The notes beneath the pieces were generated by a model, which made no database searches, had not been told where the DNA came from, and saw nothing but the letters and a program-made list of their open reading frames with translations. 64,000 nucleotides of DNA from Geosiphon pyriformis uo1 (Eukaryota; Fungi; Glomeromycota). The position numbers and the translations under genes are program-made. The stretch lies in NCBI GenBank assembly GCA_016748015.1, contig JAAOMT010000309.1:186001-250000 (forward strand), given 5' to 3'. Of this stretch, positions 47,201 through 59,126 are shown in pieces. How positions within the stretch are numbered: the stretch's first letter is position 1; every line of letters starts with the position of its first letter.

Positions 47201-50200
47201 AGTTATATAACTTGGAGATTTTGGTTTCAAAAATTGTCAAGACTTTTCGCAAAGTGGGCTTTAACAGATTTGAGTCTCTGTTAAGATGCTGGGTTTCTAT
47301 AAATAGTGACAAAGCTTCTGTTGTTTGGAATCTTGTGAGTTCTGGTGCAAGTTTGAATTGTGTCTGTTCTGCTCTTTGTGGTGTGAAGAGGTTTTATCAT
47401 GTCTCTAAGCTTGCTAAGTTTTTGCAAGCTAAGAAGTTGAGCATTAAATTAGCTATTGAAAAAAGAATGGAGAGTTTTGTGGTCAACAAAGGCCACACAA
47501 TTCATAGTGTTTTGGAATGTCCATTCCACAAAGTAGTATTGGATCATTTGGTTTCTGATAGTGGTTTGATTTTGGACCCAGTAGAAGTTAAAAATAAGGT
47601 GGATAGTATCATAGAGGGCTGGACAAGAAAGAGGGCCATGCTAAAAAGTGTTCCTGATTTGTGGCAGCATCAATACCTGTCATTGGATTATTTCAACAAT
47701 GATGCTTTTTCTGGTGTGATGAATGCTATCAGTTTGGATGACTTGACACATGTAATTAAGGATTTACCAGATAGTAAAGCTGCTGGCTTGTCTGGTATTT
47801 CAAATAAACTTTGAAAACATTGTAATAATTCTGTGCTAAGCTTGCTTCTGGATCTTCTGAACATTTGTTTGGTGTATAAGTCAGTTTCCCGCTGTTAAAA
47901 AGAAGCTTGGGTGTTAATGATTCTCAAGTCTTATGAGTGGGAGGATACTTTAACAAATACTAGACCAATTGCTTTAATTGAGACTGCTTGTAAGATTCTT
48001 TCTAAGTTGCTGCCTGACAGAATTTTGTCAGCATGTGGTCTATTCAATGTACTTCATGAGAACAATTTTCTGTGCTTAAGGGCACTACTATTCAGTTTCC
48101 TATTTTTGCCATTTGTTTGGTTGTAGAAGATGCTTTGAAAAAGAATTGTGAACTTTGGCTTGTGCTACAAGATATGTGTAAAGCCTATAACTCTGTGGGT
48201 CAGCATTACTTGTATAATAGTTTGGTTTGAATCAAAATATGTGAGCATTTTATTAGGTTTTTTGGCTCTATTCACAATGACTGTATTAATCGGGTTATGA
48301 CTGATTTTGGTCTTACTAATAGGTATTGGGTGCATGATGGTCTTGATTAGGGTGAGGTTTTCTCTTTTTTGCTGTGGAGGATCTTTTACAACCCCTTTCT
48401 GTGTGAGGTCAAGAGACAAGAAAGTTTATGTGAATACAATATTGATATTAAGTTTGTAGTTAGGACAGGTAGGATAGAACACCAAGGCAGTTTGACTTTG
48501 TTTCTGGCTGCTAATGCATTTGTAAATGATACTATTTGGGTAAGTAGCAGTCAGGTTGTCACTCAGTATATTTTAGATACAGCAAGTGAATTTTTCAGAG
48601 TGAATAACATTTCTATTAATAATAAGAAAACTGTAGCCATTCCAATCAATCAAAGGGTTAGTAATATATTATTGTCAATTAGTGGTCTGCCGATTTCAAT
48701 TGCTCGCAAAAAGAAGTCTTATCAGTATCTTGGCATTTATTTGTCATTTGAGAGTTTGTTCAAACCCAGTTTGGCTAAAGTGTATCCAAACATCAAGTTT
48801 TTTGTCAATTTGGTTCTTAAGAAAGCTATTTTAGACAAACAGTTTCTTTATCTAATGTTGGCTGTATTACAATCTATTGTCAGTTATAGGACTCAGTTCA
48901 GCTTTATTTCTAGAAATATGTGTATTAAGTGAGATATGTTGATTAGGAGAGGGTTGAGACTTAAGGCTGGTCTTCCGAGAGACTTTTCCAATGAGGCTCT
49001 TCACCATTCTTCTTTGTATGGCTTGAAATCTTTTAAGCAGTTGCAGACTGAGTGCAAAGTGGCTTTTGTGTTGTGTTTCTTAAATGCTAATGGTGTTTTT
49101 GGTCATTTATTTAATCATAGGTCTCTGGATCTTCAGATTTTGGATTGGTTACTTATTTACCCTCTATGTTGTCTGATTAGATTGCATATTAGTCTGGTCA
49201 ATAATTTTTTGGCAGGTGTTATTAGGATTTTTTTGAACTATGACATGTCCCTTGACAATCTCTCTGTTTTTGCATTCCGCTTTCTTGATAGGACACTAAT
49301 ATTTACTTTTATAATGTTTCTTTTTCTCTCAAAAAGTTTGGGGTTGTTTTTGTCAAGCAGTTATATACCAAAAAAGATTTGATTTTCGATTGGAAAACCT
49401 TCTATTGTTGAAAAAAACTTGATCCAAAAGGCCCTGTCCCTTGTTGGTTCATTTTGGTTTGTGACTTTTTGGTTTGATCTTTTTTTTCTGATAATTTGTA
49501 TGTTGAAAGTTTGTGGGCTATAAATATTTGCAGTTTGGGTGCAGTTTTTAGATTGGGCCAGTATTTCTCTTCTGCAAATATGAGAGTTGTTAGTGTTTAT
49601 ACTGATGGATTGTTAAGGGATTTGGGTTTATGTGAAATAAAGTGTAATGCTGCTGCTTATTTCTTGAATTTGGATTTGGGTATTGGTGCTAAGATTAGTG
49701 GATTGGTGTCTTCGACTATGGTAGAACTGTGGGCAATTGCTTTGGCTTTGGAGTGTGTTCTCTCTGACAGTTCAGTAATAGTTTATTCAGACAGTAAGGC
49801 TGCCTTGGATGCATGTATGGCTGAATCTGCTCTGGTGTCTCTGGATTTTTACAACCGCTGCTGAATGAAGTGGCATAGCATTGTCAATTTAATTAGAGGA
49901 AAGCAGCTTGATGTTTCTTGACATAAGATAAAAAAACATTTAGGTGTTATAGGTAATAAGCATGCTGATGAGTTAGCCAGTCTGGCAATGAACTCTTCTT
50001 TGGCACTTCCTGTTTTGGTTAAGGAGAAATTAATCAAGGCTGGCAGAATGGCAGTGTCTGGGAACATTCATCATTTTGCCCATAAGATTTTCAGGTTTAT
50101 TAATCATGCTCATTGGAAGATTGGTCCTGGTTTTAATGTTATTGATAATAGTTTATGTGGTAATGTAAACTGGTTTCATACTGCTTTGGTATGACACCCT

Positions 50201-51000
50201 AACTCCCATATGGCAACTGGCTTTACTAATAAATCTACAGCTGGTTTGTGCTCTTATTTTTTAAAGGCCTTCCACTGCCATCTTCTGGTTACTGTATAGA
50301 AGCATTTGTATAGTAAGATCTATCTGAGTGTTTTGTGTTTGCACTGTGGTGAAGTGGAAAGTTCCAACCACTCTTTTGTTTGTATATTTGACTCTAATGC
50401 TCATAAAAGCATTTTCAAGTTTCATTTGGCCAAGTAGCATTGTGTTTCTGAACTGGGCTTACAATTATCTCATGTCTTATAAATGCTTTCTCTGTGTATA
50501 ATTGATGATGTGTTATATACTACTGTAAGCAAAAGCTTTGTGTTCAGAGATTGGATTCAAGAAGCTTTAACTATTCTGGGTGATACCAAGGTTGCAGGAA
50601 AATTTATTGTTAATTTTGTTTAAGAATTGGGTGCTGCTCACTACATGGATATTTGGTTGGTTAGAGCTTTGATGGAAAAAGACAGTTTGATTTTACTTAA
50701 TAATTCTGTGTATTCTGTGCCTCATAATTTGTTATGTATGTTTTCTGCTGGAGTGATTAGGTTGCTTGGGATTGCTGAGGCAGTTGGTGTCTGCTTTGGT
50801 TTTTATAAACATTGCTGTTTTTTTTCTGATATAGATGATATAGTTTCTGTTCTGATAAATTCATAGTGTTGCTCTGATTGGTTTGAGTAGCTGATCATAT
50901 GTAGAAAGTATATGATTAGCACTTAGTTTAGATCACTTAGTTTAATATATTGCACTAAGTAACTTTTGGGCTTTACTTGTTAAAAGTTAATAAAAAAAAA
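44276..51000 (+). mobile_element. LINE family A, copy 3, full length (6,725 bp). ORF1 44458-46219; ORF2 46216-50866; both disrupted
   Basis: TSD ATTTGTTAC at 44267-44275 and 51001-51009; APE, RT, RNase H and Zn motifs; poly(A). Confidence 0.95.
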
Positions 51001-51775
51001 ATTTGTTACTTTATAATTTTAAATTTTTCAACCAAAATTAAGCAAAAAAAAGTAATATTAATAGTAATTTTTAGCAAATTATTCAAGTATTGTTTCTTAA
51101 ATTTGCAAATTTTGGCTTAAATATTCAAAAATCTGTTTGGTTTTTTATAAAACTACATATTAATTTTGTGAATAATTTTCTAATTAATATGATTAAAATT
51201 TTTTTAAAATGTAATATGTCTTTTAAAAACAGTTTATATAATATATATTTAGTTTATTAATAATATTTTTATATTTAAAATNNNNNNNNNNNNNNNNNNN
51301 NTAATTATGTATTTATTAATATTTTTTGATTTTTAATATTAATATTGACTTAAAAAATAATATATATTAAATATAATATTAAAAAATAACTATTTAATTA
51401 TTTAATCAAAAATTAAGAGCTATTTTAATGTTTTTATTAATATATATTTTAACAAATTTACTATTATAATTATGTTTTTTAGTTTTTGTTTTAGTTTTAA
51501 AATAATATATTAAGATTAATAATATGACTGTTTTTAAAAATACTAAGTATTTTGTTTGTAATACTTATAATTTTATTTGTTATATTTGATAAAAAATTAA
51601 ATTTAAAACTATTATTATCAATAATATTATATTAAAAAAAATTAATTAATTACAAATTTCAATAATATGATATTTTAATTTGTATATAATAATAATTTTA
51701 TAAATAAATATATATTTAAATTATATATATATATAATAAAAACAATTTATAAAAAAAATTATACAATAAATTTTA

Positions 51776-54321
51776 AAAAATTGCTAAATTAACATTTTTT
51801 TTTTTTATTAAAGTTTTAATAAATATGACCCAACCATTAATTAAAAATTAAGACCAAACTAAATGATCTAGGACTAAATATAGTTTATGTGCTTTCTATA
51901 TATAATCAGCTATTCAAACCAGTTTAGACTATACTATATTTGATATACCAGAAGAAAACTTACTCAAAGATGACATTCTTTAAACAATCTTAAACAATAA
52001 AGCACTATTAAGAATCAAACCTACTAACCAATTAGCTGTCTTAAAAACATCTGATTTAACATCAACTGATTCATGCTCTTAAAGTAATATTAAGTTAAAA
52101 AACATGTTATCATCAAAATTAAACAGATCTATATAAAAACCAGTCATATTAACATTATTAAAACCACACTTATCTTTTAGGGCAATTATATTTTGCTTTA
52201 ACTTATCTACAATCTTGCTAAAAGTACCTATATGTACCAAAATCTCTTTAAACTTAAGGCCAATATTACTACTTAAAGCCAAATCTCTATTAATAAACTG
52301 TTTAAATACTTTAATCATAAAACCAATTGGTTTAACAATAGAATTAACCAAAGTAGTAAGTTTGACCAAATCAAATTCCAATAATATTAACTAAAAAGAG
52401 ACCATAGAATTGTCAGATGTAATTTTAATAGAAACAGTTAAACTATTTAAAATACTAAAAACTGAAGAAAACATAGAAGCAGCAGCTTTAGCATAAAACT
52501 TGTTACTAACACCATAAGAGGTAAATATCTTGGAAGCCTTAAAAGAAAGAAATAAAGACATCTTATAATCCAAAGCCAAATAATCTGAACCTTGGAATCA
52601 AAAACAGTGCCAATTACTAAGAGTTTCTTACCAGATATAATACTTTTTTAGCATATTAGTCTTTAGTACTGCAGTATCCAAATCAACCAGAGAACCAAAT
52701 GTAATCAGAGCAAACCAGAAACAATGACCAGACTCAAAAAAATGGAGAATAAAACATGTCTGACCACCAACTTGAGAAATTATATTACTAATTTCAAAAG
52801 CTATATAGCCAGAGAAAAAATTAATTAACTTGGCCTTAAACCTATTATAAAACAGAATAGTTTCATTCTAATTTACCAAGAAGAGGATCCTAATACTATC
52901 TTTGTTCACCAAAATTGACTAATAATTTAAAGCAAATACAGCAGAGTTCAATTTTTTAAAATAAATAACCACATATTGCCAAATACCAGCAGGCTTTAAT
53001 ACAACATAAGTAATACTACCAAACACACAAAAAGCTGTCTTAATGTTAGCAACAGACACACCCAAAAGCATATCATGTAGCACAACAGCAACAGAAGAGG
53101 AACCAGACTCAGAAACTACCAAAAACTTGGCAATTTTGAAAGTGGCAAGATAAACAGAGCTTGTAAACTCAACTAAAAATACAGCATCTAAAAAACTTTA
53201 AGAAACAAACTTCATACAAAAGAGCTTTATATTATTCTTAGTAACAGATTTTGCACTCAAAAAACCATGTACAGACTGAAAAACAGTCTTAACATAAGCC
53301 AATTTCATATTAAAAATAGTACTAAGCACCAAAAAAAAAGCCACTTATTCAGCAAATCTTTAATAATTAGCAATAATTTCTTAAGCACTACTAGTGGCAG
53401 CACCAGAAACCAGAAGAGAAGATGATTTAATATCTATTTAATCAGTTCAGTTCTCAAGAACAAATAACACTACAAAAGTTAATTGTTTTGCTTTTAAAAC
53501 TGGCAATAATCTGTCAAAAGACATCACATTTGGCAACACAGCCAATAGTTAATTTTGGTTTATCTTAGATAATATGCCAGATGATACTATAGAAATCTCA
53601 CCTAAAATTTTATTGGAAACCACAAAGAGATTCGGTGTAACAATAACAGAGACAAGTAACTGCTCTCACTTTTCTGAACTTTTGGTGTTTTTGACATTTT
53701 TTTGAAAAAGTGATGCTAGCAGCACCAAGTATTAAAGCTATGAAAAAAAGACCAATTTGTTGACTGGTCTGTTATTAAAAATTTTTGGGCTTTTTGAAAA
53801 AGTAAAAACAATATAGAACTAATCCAAGTGTGTTTCTTTGAAAGAATTTTAACTGGAAAAAAACCAGCCAAAGATAAGAAAAGTGTTTTAGTAGTTATTA
53901 AAAGCAGCTTTTCACAGTTACTAAGCAAAAAAAAGGCTTTTAAAATGTTTTGCCTAGTTGCTTCTATAATAAAGAAAGCTTTTCTGGTTGAAATTTTATT
54001 AAATATCTTAGAAAAAATAACAAATATAGCTTTTTTACTCTTTGTTTTAGTCATAATCATAAAAATAAGAGACAAAGAGTTTAATTAATGTATTTATAAT
54101 ATGTAATATTAATATATATAGAATTTTAATAAATATTTGTTTAATTAAAATAAAAAATAACTTTTTTTTATTATGTTTTAAGTAATTTATAGTGTTTTAT
54201 ATTAAAAAATACTTCATTATAAATAATTATAATATTTATTAATATGTTTTTATATATAATTAAATATAAAATTATAATATAAAATAATATTATATATTAT
54301 AAAATCAATTTAGCAATTTTT
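51776..54321. mobile_element. MITE (~260 bp net) split by the HAL1-like insertion
   Basis: TIR AAAAATTGCTAAATT(A/G)A at 51776 and its inverse at 54305-54321; TSD AAATTTTA (51768-51775, 54322-54329; 9 bp possible); partial copies at 5761 and 21299-21537. Confidence 0.65.
51795..54082 (-). mobile_element. Complete ORF1-only (HAL1-like) non-autonomous retroposon, ~2.29 kb; ORF ~54060-51929
   Basis: Gap-free; one ORF1-like frame set (VVLHDMLLGVS..LKPAGIWQYVVIYF, eroded CCHC), LINE-type 3' UTR, A12 tail, no APE or RT. Confidence 0.82.
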
Positions 54322-55766
54322 AAATTTTATTTTAATGGTGTATATTTACTGTAATAAAATTAAATTTTCAGATTATGTGTTTATGTATATTAATAATACA
54401 AATATATAATTAAAATTGTTTGATATTTAAATAAATATATGAATTTTTTTAATTAGTTATCATATTATATTTTTTAAATTTTTTAAATATTATTATTTAA
54501 AGTTTTTAATAATAGTTTATATATAATATTAAGCAAAAAATTTGTTTTAAAAATTAATATAAAAAAACATACATTGTTTTTAATAATGCCAAATTTGTAA
54601 TATTAAAACTAATTAATTTTATATATAACTTGTTTATTAATTATCATAAATATATAAATTTAAATAAAAATTGATTTATATAAATGTAATTTGGTTAATA
54701 AAAATAGTTTTGTTAATTTATTAGTTTATAATTTGTTGTTAATTTTATTTAATAATAATATATTTATTTAATATTTTTAAAATATATATTATATTTGTTT
54801 TTTTTAATTTAGATTGTAATATATTAATATATATAAATATATAATATAGTTTTAATTGGTTTAAATAATTAATTATATGTAATAAATATTTAATTTATAT
54901 TTAATTTAAAATTTTTAATTTATTATATTATATTAAATAGCAAATAAATTATATTTATTAAATAAAAATAAAATAAAAACATAAAAATTTAATATTAATA
55001 ATAAAAACAGTTTGTTCTTGAAGTAATTAAAAAAAATTAAAAAAAATATTTTGCTTTAAATATTAATTTTTTAGCTGTTAAAAGAAAAAATGTCATAGAT
55101 AATTAAAAAGTTATTTTCAACTGTGTATAGTTTTAGAAAAGTTATTACTTTTTTAAAATTTCAAGAAATTATTATTGGCTGCAGATAAGAGAATTTTGGT
55201 AAACAGTAATCTTAAAAAACAAAAAGTACATTTAGATTAAGTAGTAATCATCAAAAAAATTCTCATGGATGCTTTTAAGAAAGCAATCATCTCAGCTTTG
55301 TTCAAGTTTAATAATATTGTGTTAGTTGAGTGGGCTGTAGCAGAAGGCTGTAATAAAGTTTACTAAATTGGGTCAAGTTCTCATATTTGAAATAAGTGAA
55401 AAAAAACGTTTTAAAAGAACAGTATATCTATGTTATGTATATTTGTTGCTTTATTTTTACTTGCATTATTTTGACAAACTATTTATTGTTAACATGTTAA
55501 ACTTTTTTTGGAAAGCTCTCTTGATGTTATATGTTTTACTACTGTTATTTATCTAAAAAAAAAGGAAGAGCTTTACAATCAGTACTTCTTATTGAAAACT
55601 TAGTAAAACATGCAGTAAATTCCTCATTAACAAAAATAACTGATTTTAAATGAAAAATAAGAGTGTTGGAAGTTTTACCACAGTTTGGTACATTCCATAT
55701 TTAGTCTTTTCTATAATCTACATCTAATGATAATTTCACAGCAAATGCTACAATATTAGTATATTG

Positions 55767-55770
55767 CTAG
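55767..55770. other. Empty (pre-insertion) target site of Gypsy family 1
   Basis: AGTATATTG-CTAG-TTAGGAAAGCTGG joins the left flank (8431-8443) to the right flank (18629 onward) with one TSD copy. Confidence 0.92.
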
Positions 55771-57247
55771 TTAGGAAAGCTGGCCCAGAAGAATGATGTT
55801 GTCAGGAAAAATTTCTTACAATGTTAAGAGTTTCAGCCACCCTAACCATATTTGTATACTGCTGGTAGAGAAACTGGCCCAGAAAAGCAATGTTGCTTCC
55901 ATCTAAGCAAGAAATACAGTAATAAATTGTCTTATATTTCTGAAATAACAGCATATAAAATACAAGTAAAATACAACAGAAAACAAAAAATTTGACAACA
56001 AATTTGTCAAAANNNNNNNNNNNNNNNNNNNNTTTAACAATTTGAAAGTTGTTATTTATTTAAATAAGAAAACATAAAATTTTTATAAAAATGAAAGACA
56101 TTAAAAGCTTTTTTTTCTTTTGTTTTTAAAAGATATGTAAATAGTTTAGAGATGATTAAACAGAACAACCAAAAATTATGACAATAATGCTATTTTTTTA
56201 AAATTTAGTGTTATCTAAAAGAGTAATGAAAAATTAGAAGTTTTCCAAATTTAATGAATTATAAAACTCTTAGTTATAACCACTAGTGACAATGATTAAT
56301 CATATTATGTTTTATATTGTCAAAATTAAAAGTCCTTCAGCAAAATAAATAAAATAATACAAATGCCTATAAATTTTTATTGAAATTTTTTTTTAAATAA
56401 ATATCAAAAACTAATTCTATTTTATGAAATAATATTATGCATTTTTTTTTAACTCATTTAATTAACATGAAATTCATCACTGACTAAAAAAAATCTTCTA
56501 ATTCCAGACTCAAATATAATTTTATTCCTTAAACAATAAAGAGTCTGATTGAGAAAAAAAGTGATTTGACATAAAATAAGTAATTAAAAAAAGTTACATA
56601 GATACACTTTAGATTAAATGCTACTTAGTATGAATAATAATTTCTTAAGGCTTTTTGTCAATTTTATTATGATTGTTATTTTCAATTATATTATCATTTT
56701 TGCTTTAAACTTTATTATCATTATTATTTTCAATCCTACTATCATTATTGTTTCCAATGTCATTTCCAATATTTCTGTTGCCANNNNNNNNNNNNNNNNN
56801 NNNTTAAAAATTAAATCAGTAAAACTACTAAACATAGTTTCTTCTCCCAAATATCTAAAGTGCTGTATTGATCATTAGATACACAAATCGATTTAGATAA
56901 GGTTTCTCTAATGTTTTAAGGTTGTGCAAATAATTAAGAGCATTTAATCAAAATGCCTTAAAACTAGATACAATTAATAATAAATCAATAAGTATTCATT
57001 AAGAACTTAATGTACTGTCATCTATATCTCTTTCAGTGAAAGAACTCTCAAAAAATTCAAATAATACTGGTTTTATGTAAATATTGTTGAAGAATTGCTT
57101 GAAAAGTCAAAAAAACACATGATCTATGAGGAACTGGAAAAAACGTTATGAGATACTCAAGTCTAATGCTGAATTAATTGAACTTAATAAAAACCTATAG
57201 ATGTGGATCCATACATAATAAAAAAATGAGACACTTGTTTGAATAAC

Positions 57248-57334
57248 ATAAATTTTCTTTTGTAAGACTACTGATCAAATCGCCATCATGACGTCAGATG
57301 GCAGTGATCAGCAGTCTTACAAAAGAAAATTTAT
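57248..57334. repeat. Second copy of the TGACGTCA-centred hairpin
   Basis: Identical to 22889-22975. Confidence 0.95.
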
Positions 57335-58686
57335 ACGTGTGTTTTTGTTTTGGGATGGCAGTTTGGAAAATTATTTTATTTTATTTCTTCTAACTCTCAA
57401 TGATCGTTTAGCTCTTGTCACTTATCTGACCTCAAACTTTCATAGATTTAACGCCATCGAAGGCCACTCTCANNNNNNNNNNNNNNNNNNNNTAATAATG
57501 CCAAATTTGTAATATTAAAACTAATTAATTTTATATATAACTTGTTTATTAATTATCATAATAAAATATAAATATATAAATTTAAATAAAAATTGATTTA
57601 TATAAATGTAATTTGGTTAATAAAAATAGTTTTGTTAATTTATTAGTTTATAATTTGTTGTTAATTTTATTTAATAGTATAATATATTTATTTAATATTT
57701 TTAAAGTATATATTATATTTGTTTTTTTTTGATTTAGATTATAATATATAAATATATAATATAATTTTAATTGGTTTAAAAATTTAATTATATGTAATAA
57801 ATATTTAATTTATATTTAATTTAAAATTTTTAATTTATTATATTATATTAAATAGCAAATAAATTATATTTATTAAATAAAAAATAAAATAAAAACATAA
57901 AAATTTAATATTAATAATAAAAACAGTCTGTTTTTAAAGTAATTAAAAAAAATTGAAAAAAATATTTTGTTTTAGATATTAATTTTTTAGCTGTTAAAAG
58001 AAAAAATGTTATAGATAATCAGAAAGTTATTTTTAACTGTATATAGTTTTAGAAGAGTTATCATTTTTTTAAAATTTCAAGAAATTATTATTGGCTGCAG
58101 ATAAAAGAATCTTAGTAAACAGTAATCTTAAAAAACAAAAAGTACATTTAAATTGAATGGTAATTATCAAAAAAATTCTTATGGATACTTTTAAGAAAGC
58201 AATTATTTCAGCTTTGTTCAAGTTCAGTAATATTGTATTAGTTAAATGGACTGTAGCAGAAGGCTATGATAAAGTTTGCTGAATTGGATCAAGTTTTTAT
58301 ATCTAAAATAGGTAAAGAGAAACATTTTAAAAAAACAGTATATTTATATTATGTATATTTGTTGCTTTATTTTTACTTGCATTATTTTGACAAACTATTC
58401 ATTATTAACATGTCAAACTTTTTTTGGAAAGCTTTTTTAATGCTATATGTTCTGCTACTGTCATTTATCTAAAAAAAAAAGAACAGCTTTATAACCACTA
58501 TTTCTTGTTAAAGACCTAGCAAAACATGTAGTAAATTCCTTATTAACAAAAATAACTGATTTTGAATAAAAAATGAGAGTATTGAAAGTTTTACCACAGG
58601 TTAGTACATTCCATATTTAGTCTTTTCTATAATCTACATCTAGTGATAATTTCACAGCAAATACTACAATATTAGTATATTGCTGG

Positions 58687-59092
58687 TGTTACAGGTAAAC
58701 TTGGTAAGTATGGGAAATGATAACGTTTGGTGCTCTCAATTATTGATGATACGTCTTCCATGTAATTTTGTTGGCTTAGTCTTGATTATCAGTCTCTAAA
58801 AGTCTATTCCTGGATGTGAATTTTATCCATTGAGTTTTTTGGTTATAAGGCACAGAGTTTGTCTTTCATTGATTGCAACGTTTTTCGTAAATGTGAGCTT
58901 TCTTCTCTGAACTAATGAGTGCAGTCATAAGGGTCTGGCATTGTCTTTTCGCCCTTCTGGTAAGCTAACAAAATAATGTTAATATCCAAAACTTAGGAAG
59001 AGCTTCCCTCTTTTATCAGGCTATCACGAAGTCTATTCTCAGATAGTTAATTTTACTATATTGCCACTCCACAAAAAATAAGACAGAAAAAG

Positions 59093-59126
<34 letters not shown>

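Noticed and set aside
54580-55050. AT-rich block repeated at 3102-3678 and 57493-57950 as another ghost element
   Set aside because: I could not decode a convincing motif; left unassigned
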